A DNA stretch of 64,000 nt from a candidate division LCP-89 bacterium B3_LCP (GTDB taxonomy: Bacteria; Electryoneota; B3-LCP), in contig NJBN01000009.1 in assembly GCA_005223185.1 (NCBI GenBank), positions 1,321-65,320 of the forward strand. The letters run 5' to 3'. A program made the translations under genes and the position numbers. This document shows, in pieces, positions 1 through 9,533 of this stretch. The notes beneath the pieces were generated by a model. That model was not told the origin of the DNA. It did no database searches and saw only the letters and a program-made list of their open reading frames with translations. Position 1 is the first letter of the stretch, and every line of letters starts with the position of its first letter.

Positions 1-906
1 GAAGTTTGGAAGGAATGGAAGATATCTGATAAACTGACCCTGCCCGATGTAATCGCAAAAGCTAAGCAGATGGGATACTCAGAGAATGATACCCTGTTCG
101 ATGTCCTGTATGCTACAAAAGAAGCAAAATCGTATAAGTGGCCCGATCCCATCGGAGAAGGTTTCCTTAACACAGAGGTTGCCGGTGATTCACGCAACGT
201 GGAAGGATTCCAGGGTTACGGATTCTTCGTCCATAAGTCCATGTGGGAAGAATACCGGAAATTCGGATTGGGACACCAACACGACTTAGCTGACTTCGAC
301 ACCTATCACAAAATACGCGGGCTGAAATGGCCGGTGATTGATGGAAAAGAAACAGCCTGGCGCTTCAATTCAGACTACGATCCTTATGCGAGGAAAATCG
401 CCACTGATTTCGCATTTTACGGACCTGCTCTTAAAGCAATACCTAAAGGTGACTTAAAAGGTCCGAAGACCAAAGAAAAAACGAAATTAACTAACAAGGC
501 CAAGATCTTCTTCCGCCCCTATATGGAAGCACCCGAAATGCCGGACAAAAAATATCCCTTCTGGTTGTGCACTGGAAGAGTGCTTGAACACTGGCATACT
601 GGCACCATGACTATGCGCGTTCCCGAACTCTACCGAGCTGCCCCGGAGGCTTTGTGCTTTATGAATGCCAAAGATGCTTCCGATAACGGCTTGAAGTACG
701 GAGACATGATCTGGGTCGAGAGCCGCAGAGGCAAAGTCAAAGTGAGGATTGAGACCCGCGGGCGCAACAGGATGCCCGAAGGAACGGTCTTCATCCCCTT
801 CTTCGATGAGAGGGTTTTCATCAACAAGGTAACTTTAGATGCTACCTGCCCCATTTCGAAGGAGACGGACTTCAAAAAATGCGCGGTGAAAATATATAAA
901 GCGTGA
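1..906 (+). CDS. napA: Periplasmic nitrate reductase catalytic subunit, 5'-truncated by the window edge
   Basis: Frame is open from base 1. C-terminal molybdopterin-binding motifs [23 protein letters not shown] and [19 protein letters not shown]. Followed by other nap genes. Confidence 0.97.
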   Translation, partial: EVWKEWKISDKLTLPDVIAKAKQMGYSENDTLFDVLYATKEAKSYKWPDPIGEGFLNTEVAGDSRNVEGFQGYGFFVHKSMWEEYRKFGLGHQHDLADFDTYHKIRGLKWPVIDGKETAWRFNSDYDPYARKIATDFAFYGPALKAIPKGDLKGPKTKEKTKLTNKAKIFFRPYMEAPEMPDKKYPFWLCTGRVLEHWHTGTMTMRVPELYRAAPEALCFMNAKDASDNGLKYGDMIWVESRRGKVKVRIETRGRNRMPEGTVFIPFFDERVFINKVTLDATCPISKETDFKKCAVKIYKA

Positions 907-1721
907 TAGTTAACTTGGCGGATACTGAGCAGAAAAAACGCCGTGTTTTTCTCAATCAGTTGCTGAAAAGCATCGGTTTAGCGACGGTCGGAGGCATCGC
1001 CTGGGGCGGTTTGGTCGATAAAATGGCTTCAGCTCCGTTATGTCTCCGCCCGCCCGGTGCATTGAGTGAGAGGGAGTTCTTAGCAAAGTGTGTCAGATGC
1101 GGTCTCTGTGTGCAGGCTTGCCCATATGATACCTTAAAACTTGGGAGCCCTGGGGACGACAGACCTTTAGGTACGCCTTATTTCATCCCGCGCCAGATTC
1201 CCTGTTATATGTGCGAGGATATTCCCTGCGTTGAAGCATGCCCTTCCGGGTCGCTCGACAAAGCCTCTGTGAGTAGGGAGGAGAACGGTAAACTTGTATG
1301 GGACATAAAACAATCGCGTATGGGCATTGCCGTTCTGGATCGGCAGTCATGTGTTGCCTTCTGGGGCTTGCAATGCGAAGCGTGCTACCGCGCCTGTCCG
1401 CTGATAGATCAGGCCATAAACCTGAAATACGACCGGAATGTGAGAACCGGAAAACACGCTCTGCTTCTACCTAAGATAAACCCGGAATTCTGTACCGGCT
1501 GTGGTCTCTGTGAACGTGCCTGCATAACTCAGAAACCAAGTATATTCGTCTTGCCATTTTCCGTTGCCCAAGGTGAAGTAGGAACTAATTATATTAAAGG
1601 CTGGGACGAACTTGACGAAAACAGGCTGAAAGGAGTTACCGAAGAGGGCACATTTCAGACTGAAAGAAGCAAGTTAGACCCGGTGGATTATCTTAACATG
1701 GACGATTTAACAGGTGAGTAG
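903..1721 (+). CDS. napG: Ferredoxin-type protein NapG
   Basis: RRVFL Tat-like leader, LRPPGA, four 4Fe-4S Cys clusters (CVRCGLC..CP, CYMC..C..CP, CEAC..CP, CTGCGLC). GTGA overlap with napA. Confidence 0.95.
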   Translation: MIVNLADTEQKKRRVFLNQLLKSIGLATVGGIAWGGLVDKMASAPLCLRPPGALSEREFLAKCVRCGLCVQACPYDTLKLGSPGDDRPLGTPYFIPRQIPCYMCEDIPCVEACPSGSLDKASVSREENGKLVWDIKQSRMGIAVLDRQSCVAFWGLQCEACYRACPLIDQAINLKYDRNVRTGKHALLLPKINPEFCTGCGLCERACITQKPSIFVLPFSVAQGEVGTNYIKGWDELDENRLKGVTEEGTFQTERSKLDPVDYLNMDDLTGE

Positions 1722-2532
1722 AGGTTATTTCTATTATCATAGATTTATCATCAGTAGAAGGATTGTGCAGTTATCAATTCTTCTCTTGTATATTCTGGCT
1801 CGTCATACTGATCTTGACATTCTAAAGGGCGACCTGACTTTCTCCGAGTTGCTTGGGGTGATCCCATTTGCTGATCCCTATGCTGTTTTACAGATTATTG
1901 CGACCGGGTCGATACCCGGTAAGTCGCTGATTATCGGCGGATTGATAATTCTCCTGTTCTACGCGCTGATAGGCGGTAGAGTGTTCTGTTCCTGGGTGTG
2001 CCCCATGAACATAGTCACGGATTCAGCAAGTGCCTTGAGGCGTAAGCTGAAGATAGATCAGGACGACAAGCCCACACGGATCAGCCGGAAAATCAGGTAT
2101 TGGGCTTTAGGGCTGTCTTTAATCTTATCTCTGATATTCGGGTTGGCCGCATTTGAGAGTATCAGCCCCGTATCGATATTGCACAGAGGTATTATTTATG
2201 GATTTGGATACGGCTGGCTCGTGGTACTGGCGATATTTTTAATTGACTTATTTGTCCTGAAGAATGGGTTTTGCGGAAATCTTTGTCCTTTAGGTGCTTT
2301 TTATGCGTTCATATCAAAATTCAGTGTCGTAAGGATTAAACATATTAAGGAAAAATGCAACTTGTGCATGGATTGTCGCGTCATCTGTCCCGAACCGCAC
2401 GTGCTTCCCATGATTGGAAAACATGATGCTCTGGTACTTTCAGGTGAATGCAACAACTGCGGTAGGTGTATTGAAGTATGCAAAGACGATTCAATGATGT
2501 TCAGTTTGCGCACTAAATCTGTTAATAAATGA
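1714..2532 (+). CDS. napH: Quinol dehydrogenase membrane subunit NapH
   Basis: Transmembrane segments, GRVFCSWVCP and FCGNLCPLG motifs, two C-terminal 4Fe-4S clusters. Confidence 0.95.
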   Translation: MSRGYFYYHRFIISRRIVQLSILLLYILARHTDLDILKGDLTFSELLGVIPFADPYAVLQIIATGSIPGKSLIIGGLIILLFYALIGGRVFCSWVCPMNIVTDSASALRRKLKIDQDDKPTRISRKIRYWALGLSLILSLIFGLAAFESISPVSILHRGIIYGFGYGWLVVLAIFLIDLFVLKNGFCGNLCPLGAFYAFISKFSVVRIKHIKEKCNLCMDCRVICPEPHVLPMIGKHDALVLSGECNNCGRCIEVCKDDSMMFSLRTKSVNK

Positions 2533-3119
2533 TAGAAATAATAAGAGAAAACAACATAACAAAAAGGGTTATGCCGATGCAGAAGGGAATTTTAAGAGTA
2601 AGAGCTTTGAAAGTGCTGGCGGCAATGCTGCTGGTGATACCTTTTCTGATCTGCTCATGCAGCGGGGATAAAACCATAGAAGATGGCGATCTGGGAATAA
2701 GAAAAGGAACTCTTCTAACAGAGGACGTTCTGGTCCCTGAATCTACCACTTCGCTGGTTGAAGCTGGTGCAAGTGAAAGGGTGGCCAGGTCCTTCGAAAA
2801 CGCACCGCCGATGATTCCGCACGAAATCACCGATTATGTGCCGATCACGATTGAAGAGAATGCCTGCACCGAATGCCACATGCCGGAAGTAGCAGAAGAT
2901 GCTGAAGCTACGCCAGTGCCAGCCTCTCACCTGTATGATCTGCGCGAGAATCAACAGTTAAGTGAGCTAAGTGGCGCGGCTTTTAACTGCACGCTGTGTC
3001 ACGCCGCCATGACAGATGCTTCCCTTATTGTTGAGAATGAATTCACGCCAGAATTCAGGGATGATGGCGATGAGCACTCTTCAGATCTTCTTGATAGACT
3101 CAACGAGGGTATCGAATAA
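2529..3119 (+). CDS. napB: Diheme cytochrome c NapB (true start may be the ATG at 2571 or 2577)
   Basis: RSFENAPPMIPH motif, two CXXCH sites (CTECH, CTLCH), hydrophobic signal. Confidence 0.93.
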   Translation: MIEIIRENNITKRVMPMQKGILRVRALKVLAAMLLVIPFLICSCSGDKTIEDGDLGIRKGTLLTEDVLVPESTTSLVEAGASERVARSFENAPPMIPHEITDYVPITIEENACTECHMPEVAEDAEATPVPASHLYDLRENQQLSELSGAAFNCTLCHAAMTDASLIVENEFTPEFRDDGDEHSSDLLDRLNEGIE

Positions 3120-3616
3120 ACGGCAAAAGCCTACATCGAAGGGATCTGTTCAAAGCGCTGGTTCAGCCGTTCAGGAATGTCCTGGATCGGAGACCTGTCC
3201 GGCCGCCCTACAATGATGATTCTTCCCTGTTTGATAGCGTCTGTCCGAAATGTGATGAACGCAACTGTGTAACCGCTTGCCCTGAGAAGATCATTGTTAT
3301 CGATAGCAACGGGATTCCTCATCTCGATTTCACCCTAGGTGGGTGTACTTTCTGCGATGCTTGTAAGGAAAGTTGTCCGCACGGTGTACTGAGTTTTGAC
3401 GCTTCTGCAGCCATACGTGGAAGGATAACACTAGATAAGGGGGAATGCATCGCCTGGCAGGATGTGATCTGTAACTTCTGTGGTATATCTTGCGATGAAA
3501 GCGCCATAGAGTTTAGAGGAATGATAAAGCCGCACGTCAATATAGATAAATGCAATTTCTGTGGTAAATGTATCAAGAGCTGCTCCTCAAATGCAATCAG
3601 TATCAATGCAGCGTAA
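3116..3616 (+). CDS. napF: Ferredoxin-type protein NapF, absent from the ORF track, probable ATA start
   Basis: Hand-translated 501-nt frame: (I)NGKSLHRRDLFKAL..RPPY..CPKCDERNCVTACP..CTFCDACKESCP..CNFCGISC..CNFCGKCIKSC..*. In-frame TAG at 3095 limits the 5' end. GAGGG lies 6 nt before the ATA. Confidence 0.88.
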   Translation: MNGKSLHRRDLFKALVQPFRNVLDRRPVRPPYNDDSSLFDSVCPKCDERNCVTACPEKIIVIDSNGIPHLDFTLGGCTFCDACKESCPHGVLSFDASAAIRGRITLDKGECIAWQDVICNFCGISCDESAIEFRGMIKPHVNIDKCNFCGKCIKSCSSNAISINAA

Positions 3617-4610
3617 CAGGCATACTTTGAATGACTTGAAAGCCTACATCCTTGTTCTCCTTACAGTTGTAACTGCCATATTATTACTTCCAAATGAGGT
3701 CCAATCCAGCCAACCTATAAGAATAAACAGCTTTAAGATAGCAGCTCCCGCCAGTGATTTAATAATTCGTGGCGGGATTGTTATTGCCGGGACCAATGCT
3801 GGGATCGTTTGCAGCTATGATTTAAAAAACGGGACTCTCCTTAAACAGATTAAACTGCCCGAAATCCTCGATTTTATGGGAGACCCCTACGCGCCTTCGA
3901 TATTATCGATCGATTACCTGGAAGACAGATACCTGATTGTGGCAGAAGGCGGCAGAGGTTCCAGAAATATATTTCTTTACACTGGTGACGTTCTTGAAGA
4001 AATACTGCAAGATAAGAGTGATTTGTTGATCAGAAAGGCGAAGTTCATCGATCACGATAGAATCCTCTTAGCACTGGTAAGCAATGAACTAATCTTGTGT
4101 AAAATGCGGGGAGGAGAGGAAATATATCGCCGTCAGGTAAGCCCATCGCTGTTTTCCGATTTTGATGTGGGTGATGGCAAGAGCACAGTTGCAGTTGCTT
4201 GTGAATCGGGATCTATCTTCTTGTTGGATGTGGCTACCGGCAGTGAGATCAGCGAATTACAGGGTGGAAACAAGGATTTGGTGTATGACCTTGAATATTC
4301 TAAAGGTAAGATAATCACAGGTGGCAAGGACAGGCTGTGCGCCCTCTATGACGTCGATACCGGTTCCTTTGAGACGTACCAAGCAGAATTTTTAGTGTTT
4401 GCCGTGGCACTGAATCCATCAGCATCTTGGGGCGCATTCACTGCTGACGAATCGGGAACGGTCAGCATAATTTCCGTCATCGACAGGAGCATAACGGCGA
4501 CTATTCCCGGTGGTGGAGCCCCTATGAATAATCTAAGATTTATCGATGATACAACTCTGCTGTGTTCATCGGAAAGCGCTGAAATAACAATCTGGAGGGT
4601 CGGCAAATGA
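3606..4610 (+). CDS. napL: WD40/beta-propeller periplasmic accessory protein, NapL-like
   Basis: Signal peptide, WD-like repeats (GGNKDLVYDL..IITGGKDR), position between napF and napD. ATG 3606 preferred over the track's GTG 3561. Confidence 0.8.
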   Translation: MQRNRHTLNDLKAYILVLLTVVTAILLLPNEVQSSQPIRINSFKIAAPASDLIIRGGIVIAGTNAGIVCSYDLKNGTLLKQIKLPEILDFMGDPYAPSILSIDYLEDRYLIVAEGGRGSRNIFLYTGDVLEEILQDKSDLLIRKAKFIDHDRILLALVSNELILCKMRGGEEIYRRQVSPSLFSDFDVGDGKSTVAVACESGSIFLLDVATGSEISELQGGNKDLVYDLEYSKGKIITGGKDRLCALYDVDTGSFETYQAEFLVFAVALNPSASWGAFTADESGTVSIISVIDRSITATIPGGGAPMNNLRFIDDTTLLCSSESAEITIWRVGK

Positions 4611-4891
4611 GTGTTTCCGGGGTGATAGTCAGGACGATGCCTGAGAAGGTCAGTGACGTGATAAAATCTCTCGAGGAATCGGGATTGTGTGATGTTTTCT
4701 TCAGTGATGCCACGGGTAAAATTGTGGTCACCATTGAAGGTGATACTACCGAAGAGGAGATGCGCAAATTCAAGGAGATACAGAACATTCCCGACGTAAT
4801 CAGCGTTGATTTAGCATACTCCCATACTGACGATAATTTCAATAGAAATGGTAAAGATACAGGAGACATACCTGATTTTCTCAAGGATTAG
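4607..4891 (+). CDS. napD: NapA signal-peptide chaperone NapD
   Basis: MSVSGVIV...GKIVVTIE...IPDVISVDLAY, 94 aa, last gene of the nap operon. Confidence 0.93.
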   Translation: MSVSGVIVRTMPEKVSDVIKSLEESGLCDVFFSDATGKIVVTIEGDTTEEEMRKFKEIQNIPDVISVDLAYSHTDDNFNRNGKDTGDIPDFLKD

Positions 4892-4953
4892 GTGTGGGAT
4901 GTCGGCTGATACCCGGAATATTGGGCTGCACTTCGCTATAACCCAACCCACCT
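4890..4953. repeat. Degenerate REP-like palindromic element after napD
   Basis: TTGGG-CTGCACTTCGCTATAA-CCCAA hairpin flanked by AGGTG...CACCT. Confidence 0.4.
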
Positions 4954-5123
4954 TGCTTTCAGGATACAGCACACCTCATAATCCATCCAACCTCAAGCGC
5001 TAAAACTCTTGCGTAATACCAATCTATTTCTTAACTTTCAATGCAGCAGATTGAAAAGTTCTGAAAATGGCAGAAATGTCCGCCAGATGCATCTTCACTG
5101 TTTAGATAAATCGTAGGTTATCT

Positions 5124-6329
5124 ATGGCATCGAAATTCGATTCACTTAGCAGGGATTTTAACTGGCGTTCCAGGAAGGTGGAATGGCCGGTTACGACAGC
5201 TACAGCGCAGGGGTTGTCCGGTGTTATCGCCTGCGAAACCAAGGTGGCATGGGTCAATCCAAATACAGGTGACCTTTACTATCGCGGAATACCTATCGAG
5301 AAGCTTGCTGATAACGCTACTTTTGAAGAGGTGGCGTATCTGCTTGTAGAAGGCAAGAACTGGAAAAGTCGTCCATCAGAATTCCAGCGCTTCTGCGATG
5401 GGTTACACCGCGTCCGGCAGATGCCTGCGGAGGTTCTGCAGATTATCGCTTCGCAGCCGGGGGACGCCCATCCGACCAGATTGCTTCGAGCCGCTGTCTC
5501 CGCACTTGGATGTTACGAGATGCAGCCAGGTAATAATCAGGAGAAAAAACACCCCTGGGAAGATGTATGGATCATCAGCCAGGTGGCGGCTTTAGTCGGT
5601 CATATAGCGCGCTATAGAAACGGTCTCAGGCCTCAAATCACCGACTATCGGCAGTCGCTCGCTAAAGACATGCTTTACATGATCTTAAATACTAAGCCAT
5701 CCAGAGAACAAGTCAGGCTTCTCGATCTTTTATGGGTGCTTTACGCTGATCATGGTTTAGATGCGCCCACCTTCACCGGCATGGTGATTGCGAGTACTGA
5801 AGCGGATCCATATTACAACATCGTAGCAGGTTTGAGCGCTCTGAGAGGTCCTTTGCTTGGTGGCGCCGCTGAAAGAGTAATCCATATGTTGAATGGACTT
5901 CGTGATGCAAACGTTGCCAAAGCCTGGACTATTGGAATGGTAGAGAGAGGATACGTTATTCCCGGGTTCGGACATCGCATGTACCATCAACCCAATCCCA
6001 GAGTGGATATCCTGCGAAAACTCCTTCCGGAATTTGCCACCAGCTCTGAGCAGAAGTTGTTGGTTGAGGTTGCCTCAAGCGTTGAAGAGACAGCCTCTTC
6101 TGTTCTCAATCCGAAGGGGATATATGCCAATCTCCACTTTCATGCAGCGTTGCTTTTCCACTTTTTAGGCGTTGAACCTGAGATGGTTCCCTGTTTTTAC
6201 GCTATCGGGAGAATGGCTGGTTTGGTAGCACGTGTCCGAGAATATCTCCGCGACAACCGGCTTATATATCCTATAGAAGAATATACCGGCAAAACTGAAT
6301 TGACCTATACCAGTATGGAGAAGAGATGA
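5124..6329 (+). CDS. Citrate synthase family protein with degenerate active site
   Basis: GDLYYRGIPIEKL, FEEVAYLL, ADHG and GFGHR motifs present, but GPLLGGA (His replaced by Leu) and NLHF (Asp replaced by His). Confidence 0.88.
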   Translation: MASKFDSLSRDFNWRSRKVEWPVTTATAQGLSGVIACETKVAWVNPNTGDLYYRGIPIEKLADNATFEEVAYLLVEGKNWKSRPSEFQRFCDGLHRVRQMPAEVLQIIASQPGDAHPTRLLRAAVSALGCYEMQPGNNQEKKHPWEDVWIISQVAALVGHIARYRNGLRPQITDYRQSLAKDMLYMILNTKPSREQVRLLDLLWVLYADHGLDAPTFTGMVIASTEADPYYNIVAGLSALRGPLLGGAAERVIHMLNGLRDANVAKAWTIGMVERGYVIPGFGHRMYHQPNPRVDILRKLLPEFATSSEQKLLVEVASSVEETASSVLNPKGIYANLHFHAALLFHFLGVEPEMVPCFYAIGRMAGLVARVREYLRDNRLIYPIEEYTGKTELTYTSMEKR

Positions 6330-7444
6330 AACCGATCAAAGAGCCAAGAGAACAAACGTATGACCGTGGGCTGGAGAACCTCATCGTCGGTGAGACCGGT
6401 ATAGGCAAAATTGACGGCGAAGAGGGAAAACTCTGGTACCGGGGGTATGATATCGAGGAATTAGCACAATACAGCACATTTGATGAGGTAGCCTATCTTA
6501 TAATTCATGGTGCTTTACCCACCAGTTCTCAATATGAAAGGTGGCTGCTGGAACTGCAAGTTTGGCACGGGCCTCCGGTTGAAGCTATGACGGTACTCAA
6601 GTGGCTCCCCGCTAACACTCAAGCTCTGATGCTCTACAGGACTATGCTCTCGATCGCCGCCTGTCACATACCAGAAAGCGAAAACACCCGCCTGGATGCT
6701 CAATGGCGTCGTCCGGCACGTATTTTATCATGGTGTTCTACGCTGGCTGCTGCTGCTATATGCCATATTCGTGGAAAAGAGCCCAATCCTTTCAATCCTG
6801 AAAAATTATTCTCAGCCAATTTTCTTTCCCAATCATTGGGCAAGGAGCCTACGGAGTATGAAATAAAAGTATTTGACATCAGCATGATCGTGCAGGCTGA
6901 ACATGGGGTTCACACGGCAGCCTTAGCTGCGCTTGCTACTATCTCAACAGGAGCTGATCTTGGAAGCGCTGTTCTTGCAGGGATGGGAGCCCTTTCGGGT
7001 AAACTGCACGGTGGCGCTAACCAGCTTGCCTTTCAAAATCTCATCCAACACCAATCCGTCGAGGAAGCGAGAGCCTGGACTGCTAAAAGACTGAGTGAGG
7101 GATATAAATTTCCCGGATTCGGTCATCGTATCTATAAAACTCACGATCCCAGAGTAATAATCCTTGAACCCTATGTGGAGAAACTGCTTGCGGATAAAGG
7201 GGATAAGTTGCTGTGGGATATCTATCGGACTGTGCGTGATGAGGTTGAATCGAAGCTAGGAAATAAAGGAATTTATATCAATGCTGACGGCATAACAGGA
7301 ATAATCTACCATGCCCTGGGATTTCCACCGGAATCATTCCGCATTCCATTCCTGCTGGCAATCCAAGTGGGGTGGATGGCACACTGCTTAGAGTATCTAT
7401 CTGACGGAAAAATGATCGAACCGGGAGCAATTTACACAGGATAG
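6326..7444 (+). CDS. Citrate/2-methylcitrate synthase family protein (divergent)
   Basis: GKLWYRGYDIEEL, GKLHGGAN, GFGHRIYKTHDPR, NAD. ATGA overlap with the upstream paralog. Confidence 0.9.
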   Translation: MKPIKEPREQTYDRGLENLIVGETGIGKIDGEEGKLWYRGYDIEELAQYSTFDEVAYLIIHGALPTSSQYERWLLELQVWHGPPVEAMTVLKWLPANTQALMLYRTMLSIAACHIPESENTRLDAQWRRPARILSWCSTLAAAAICHIRGKEPNPFNPEKLFSANFLSQSLGKEPTEYEIKVFDISMIVQAEHGVHTAALAALATISTGADLGSAVLAGMGALSGKLHGGANQLAFQNLIQHQSVEEARAWTAKRLSEGYKFPGFGHRIYKTHDPRVIILEPYVEKLLADKGDKLLWDIYRTVRDEVESKLGNKGIYINADGITGIIYHALGFPPESFRIPFLLAIQVGWMAHCLEYLSDGKMIEPGAIYTG

Positions 7445-7453
7445 AGATAAAAA

Positions 7454-7490
7454 TGTATGTAGTGATACACATTGAGTATCACTACATACA
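7454..7490. terminator. 15-bp perfect inverted repeat between convergent genes, probable terminator
   Basis: TGTATGTAGTGATAC-acattga-GTATCACTACATACA. No strong U-tract on either side. Confidence 0.55.
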
Positions 7491-7553
7491 CTTAAAACAG
7501 GCTTCATGTTGGACTTTCAGAGCATCCGGCAGTTGGTTCCGGGGAGTGGAGCT

Positions 7554-8003
7554 TTAGTTTCCGATGAGCTCTGTGACCTTCGCCACGACTTCTTCAGGTT
7601 CTATGGGCTTGTCGATAAACATTTCGGGTCTGACAAGCTCATCCTCTTGCATCGTCTTTATGGTCTCGCGTAATTTTTCCCGCAAACTATCATAAGGTCT
7701 CTCGAGAGTATCTTCACTCTGGGTATCAAGGTCCTCCAGGGTTTCCGCTACGCCTGTCAACATGATCACTTTCAGATCCTTGAATCTTTCATCCTTACGA
7801 ATCTGTTTATAGAGCACAAATCCTGATTTCTTAGGCATCATTATATCCAGGATAAGCAGATCCGGATTCTCACTCTTAATTTTCTCTATCCCTTCTACGC
7901 CATCGTACGCCCCAATCGGTTCGTAGCCATTCTCCTGCAAAGCTACTGAAAGAAATTTTACCGTATTCACATCATCATCAACTATGAGAACTTTTTTCGC
8001 CAT
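7554..8003 (-). CDS. Single-domain response regulator
   Basis: KKVLIVDDD, DLLILDIMMP, IMLT, KP motifs. Contains an internal acidic/helical insertion. Confidence 0.92.
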   Translation of the reverse strand: MAKKVLIVDDDVNTVKFLSVALQENGYEPIGAYDGVEGIEKIKSENPDLLILDIMMPKKSGFVLYKQIRKDERFKDLKVIMLTGVAETLEDLDTQSEDTLERPYDSLREKLRETIKTMQEDELVRPEMFIDKPIEPEEVVAKVTELIGN

Positions 8004-9456
8004 CTATCTTCTCCTCGTTTATTTTAGTCTTATTTATGGGAAGCGTGATACGAAATACTGTACCACAGTTTGGTTTTGAATCTACCTCGATCTCTCCGTT
8101 ATGAGCCTCTATCATTCTCGAAGTAATCGACAAGCCCAAGCCCGTACCGGTCCTGGTTTTTGTGCTGAAGAAAGGGGTAAAAATGTTCTTCTTCACCTCT
8201 TTAGGCATTCCGCAGCCGTTGTCTTCGATCTCGATAACTGCTTTCTGACCGTCATGGTCCAGGTATGCGCTTAATACGATTTCAGGCGTCTCTCCGTCCA
8301 GAAATTCTTTCAGAACGCAGGCGTCCAGAGCATTGGACACTATGTCCATCACCGCTGAATGTATCATCCTGGCATCGCATAATACGGGAGGTAATTCGGA
8401 GGATAAATCCTGCCTGAATTGCACTCCTTTATCTTTCGCTGTCTGTTTTATTACGTTATCTATTTCAGAAAATATCTTAGACAGTTTTACCTGTTCGAAT
8501 TTGGGCTTCCATTCCTTCACGTACTTGAGCATGTGCATCGACATGTCAGTCAGACACGTGATCCCTTCCTGAACGATATCCCACCCCTCTTTGAGCATCT
8601 GTTGGTCATCCTTTGACAAACCGAGTCTGACCATGTAGGCGCCGCCCTTACAAGCATTCAGCATGTTTTTCATAGAATGTTGAATCCCCGTGAAGACCTG
8701 TCCGATAGCAGCATAACGCTGAGAATGAAGCAGTTGATCCTGCAGATGTTTCTCCGCAGTGATGTCCTTGCTGATCCCAATAGTGCCAATTACCTTGCCC
8801 GTTGGATCCCGCAGCCGTGAGATGGTATTCAGCACGTCTCTGACATCTCCGTTCTTCGTCCTGAACTGCGTCTCATAGTTCATCACATTGTCAGTCGGTC
8901 CCATCTTCTGGAGCGCCACTTCTCTGTCATGAGGATCAACGAAGAGCATTTCGATTGGTTTCCCAATCACATCCTGCCGCTGGTAGCCTAAGGCGGTTTC
9001 CGCTCCCTTGTTAATAGTCAGAATCTTGCCTTCAGGGCTAACTGTTATGATGATGTCCGCAGTACTCTCTAAGATGCCCTCTAAGAAATCCTTGTTTTTT
9101 CGCAGCTCTGCCTGGGATGACGCAAGCATAGAAGCCATATTATTGAATGAAGAGGCTAACGTGTTAAATTCATTTCTCTCGTCTTCATTCAACTGCGAAT
9201 CGAATTCATTTTCAGCCAGTTTATTCATACTATTAGCCAATTTACGAACAGGTTGTTTGATGAAGAAATATACAAAGAACCAGGCGGCTCCGCAACTAAG
9301 TATAATGGCAATTGCTATGGTGAAAAAGGTCTGCAGACTCCATTTGGAAACTGGATCTTCTCTTACACCCAAGAGGGCATCTACCAGCAGAACGAGCAAG
9401 CTGATAATTATGAAGACAAAGCTCAGTTTCCAGAAGATGGGGATTCGTTTCAACAT
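7978..9456 (-). CDS. Membrane sensor histidine kinase (TM-HAMP-PAS-HisKA-HATPase)
   Basis: Two TM helices, HAMP, PAS, QHSMKNML H-box, NALDA, DNGCG, PFFSTK, GTGLGL. Confidence 0.93.
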   Translation of the reverse strand: MLKRIPIFWKLSFVFIIISLLVLLVDALLGVREDPVSKWSLQTFFTIAIAIILSCGAAWFFVYFFIKQPVRKLANSMNKLAENEFDSQLNEDERNEFNTLASSFNNMASMLASSQAELRKNKDFLEGILESTADIIITVSPEGKILTINKGAETALGYQRQDVIGKPIEMLFVDPHDREVALQKMGPTDNVMNYETQFRTKNGDVRDVLNTISRLRDPTGKVIGTIGISKDITAEKHLQDQLLHSQRYAAIGQVFTGIQHSMKNMLNACKGGAYMVRLGLSKDDQQMLKEGWDIVQEGITCLTDMSMHMLKYVKEWKPKFEQVKLSKIFSEIDNVIKQTAKDKGVQFRQDLSSELPPVLCDARMIHSAVMDIVSNALDACVLKEFLDGETPEIVLSAYLDHDGQKAVIEIEDNGCGMPKEVKKNIFTPFFSTKTRTGTGLGLSITSRMIEAHNGEIEVDSKPNCGTVFRITLPINKTKINEEKIDGEKSSHS

Positions 9457-9533
9457 AAACAGCGTGCATTAATAAGTTTATGTAATGAATGAGAGATTAG
9501 CTTTGTGTTCAAATCAGATATCTGCCTTCAGCG

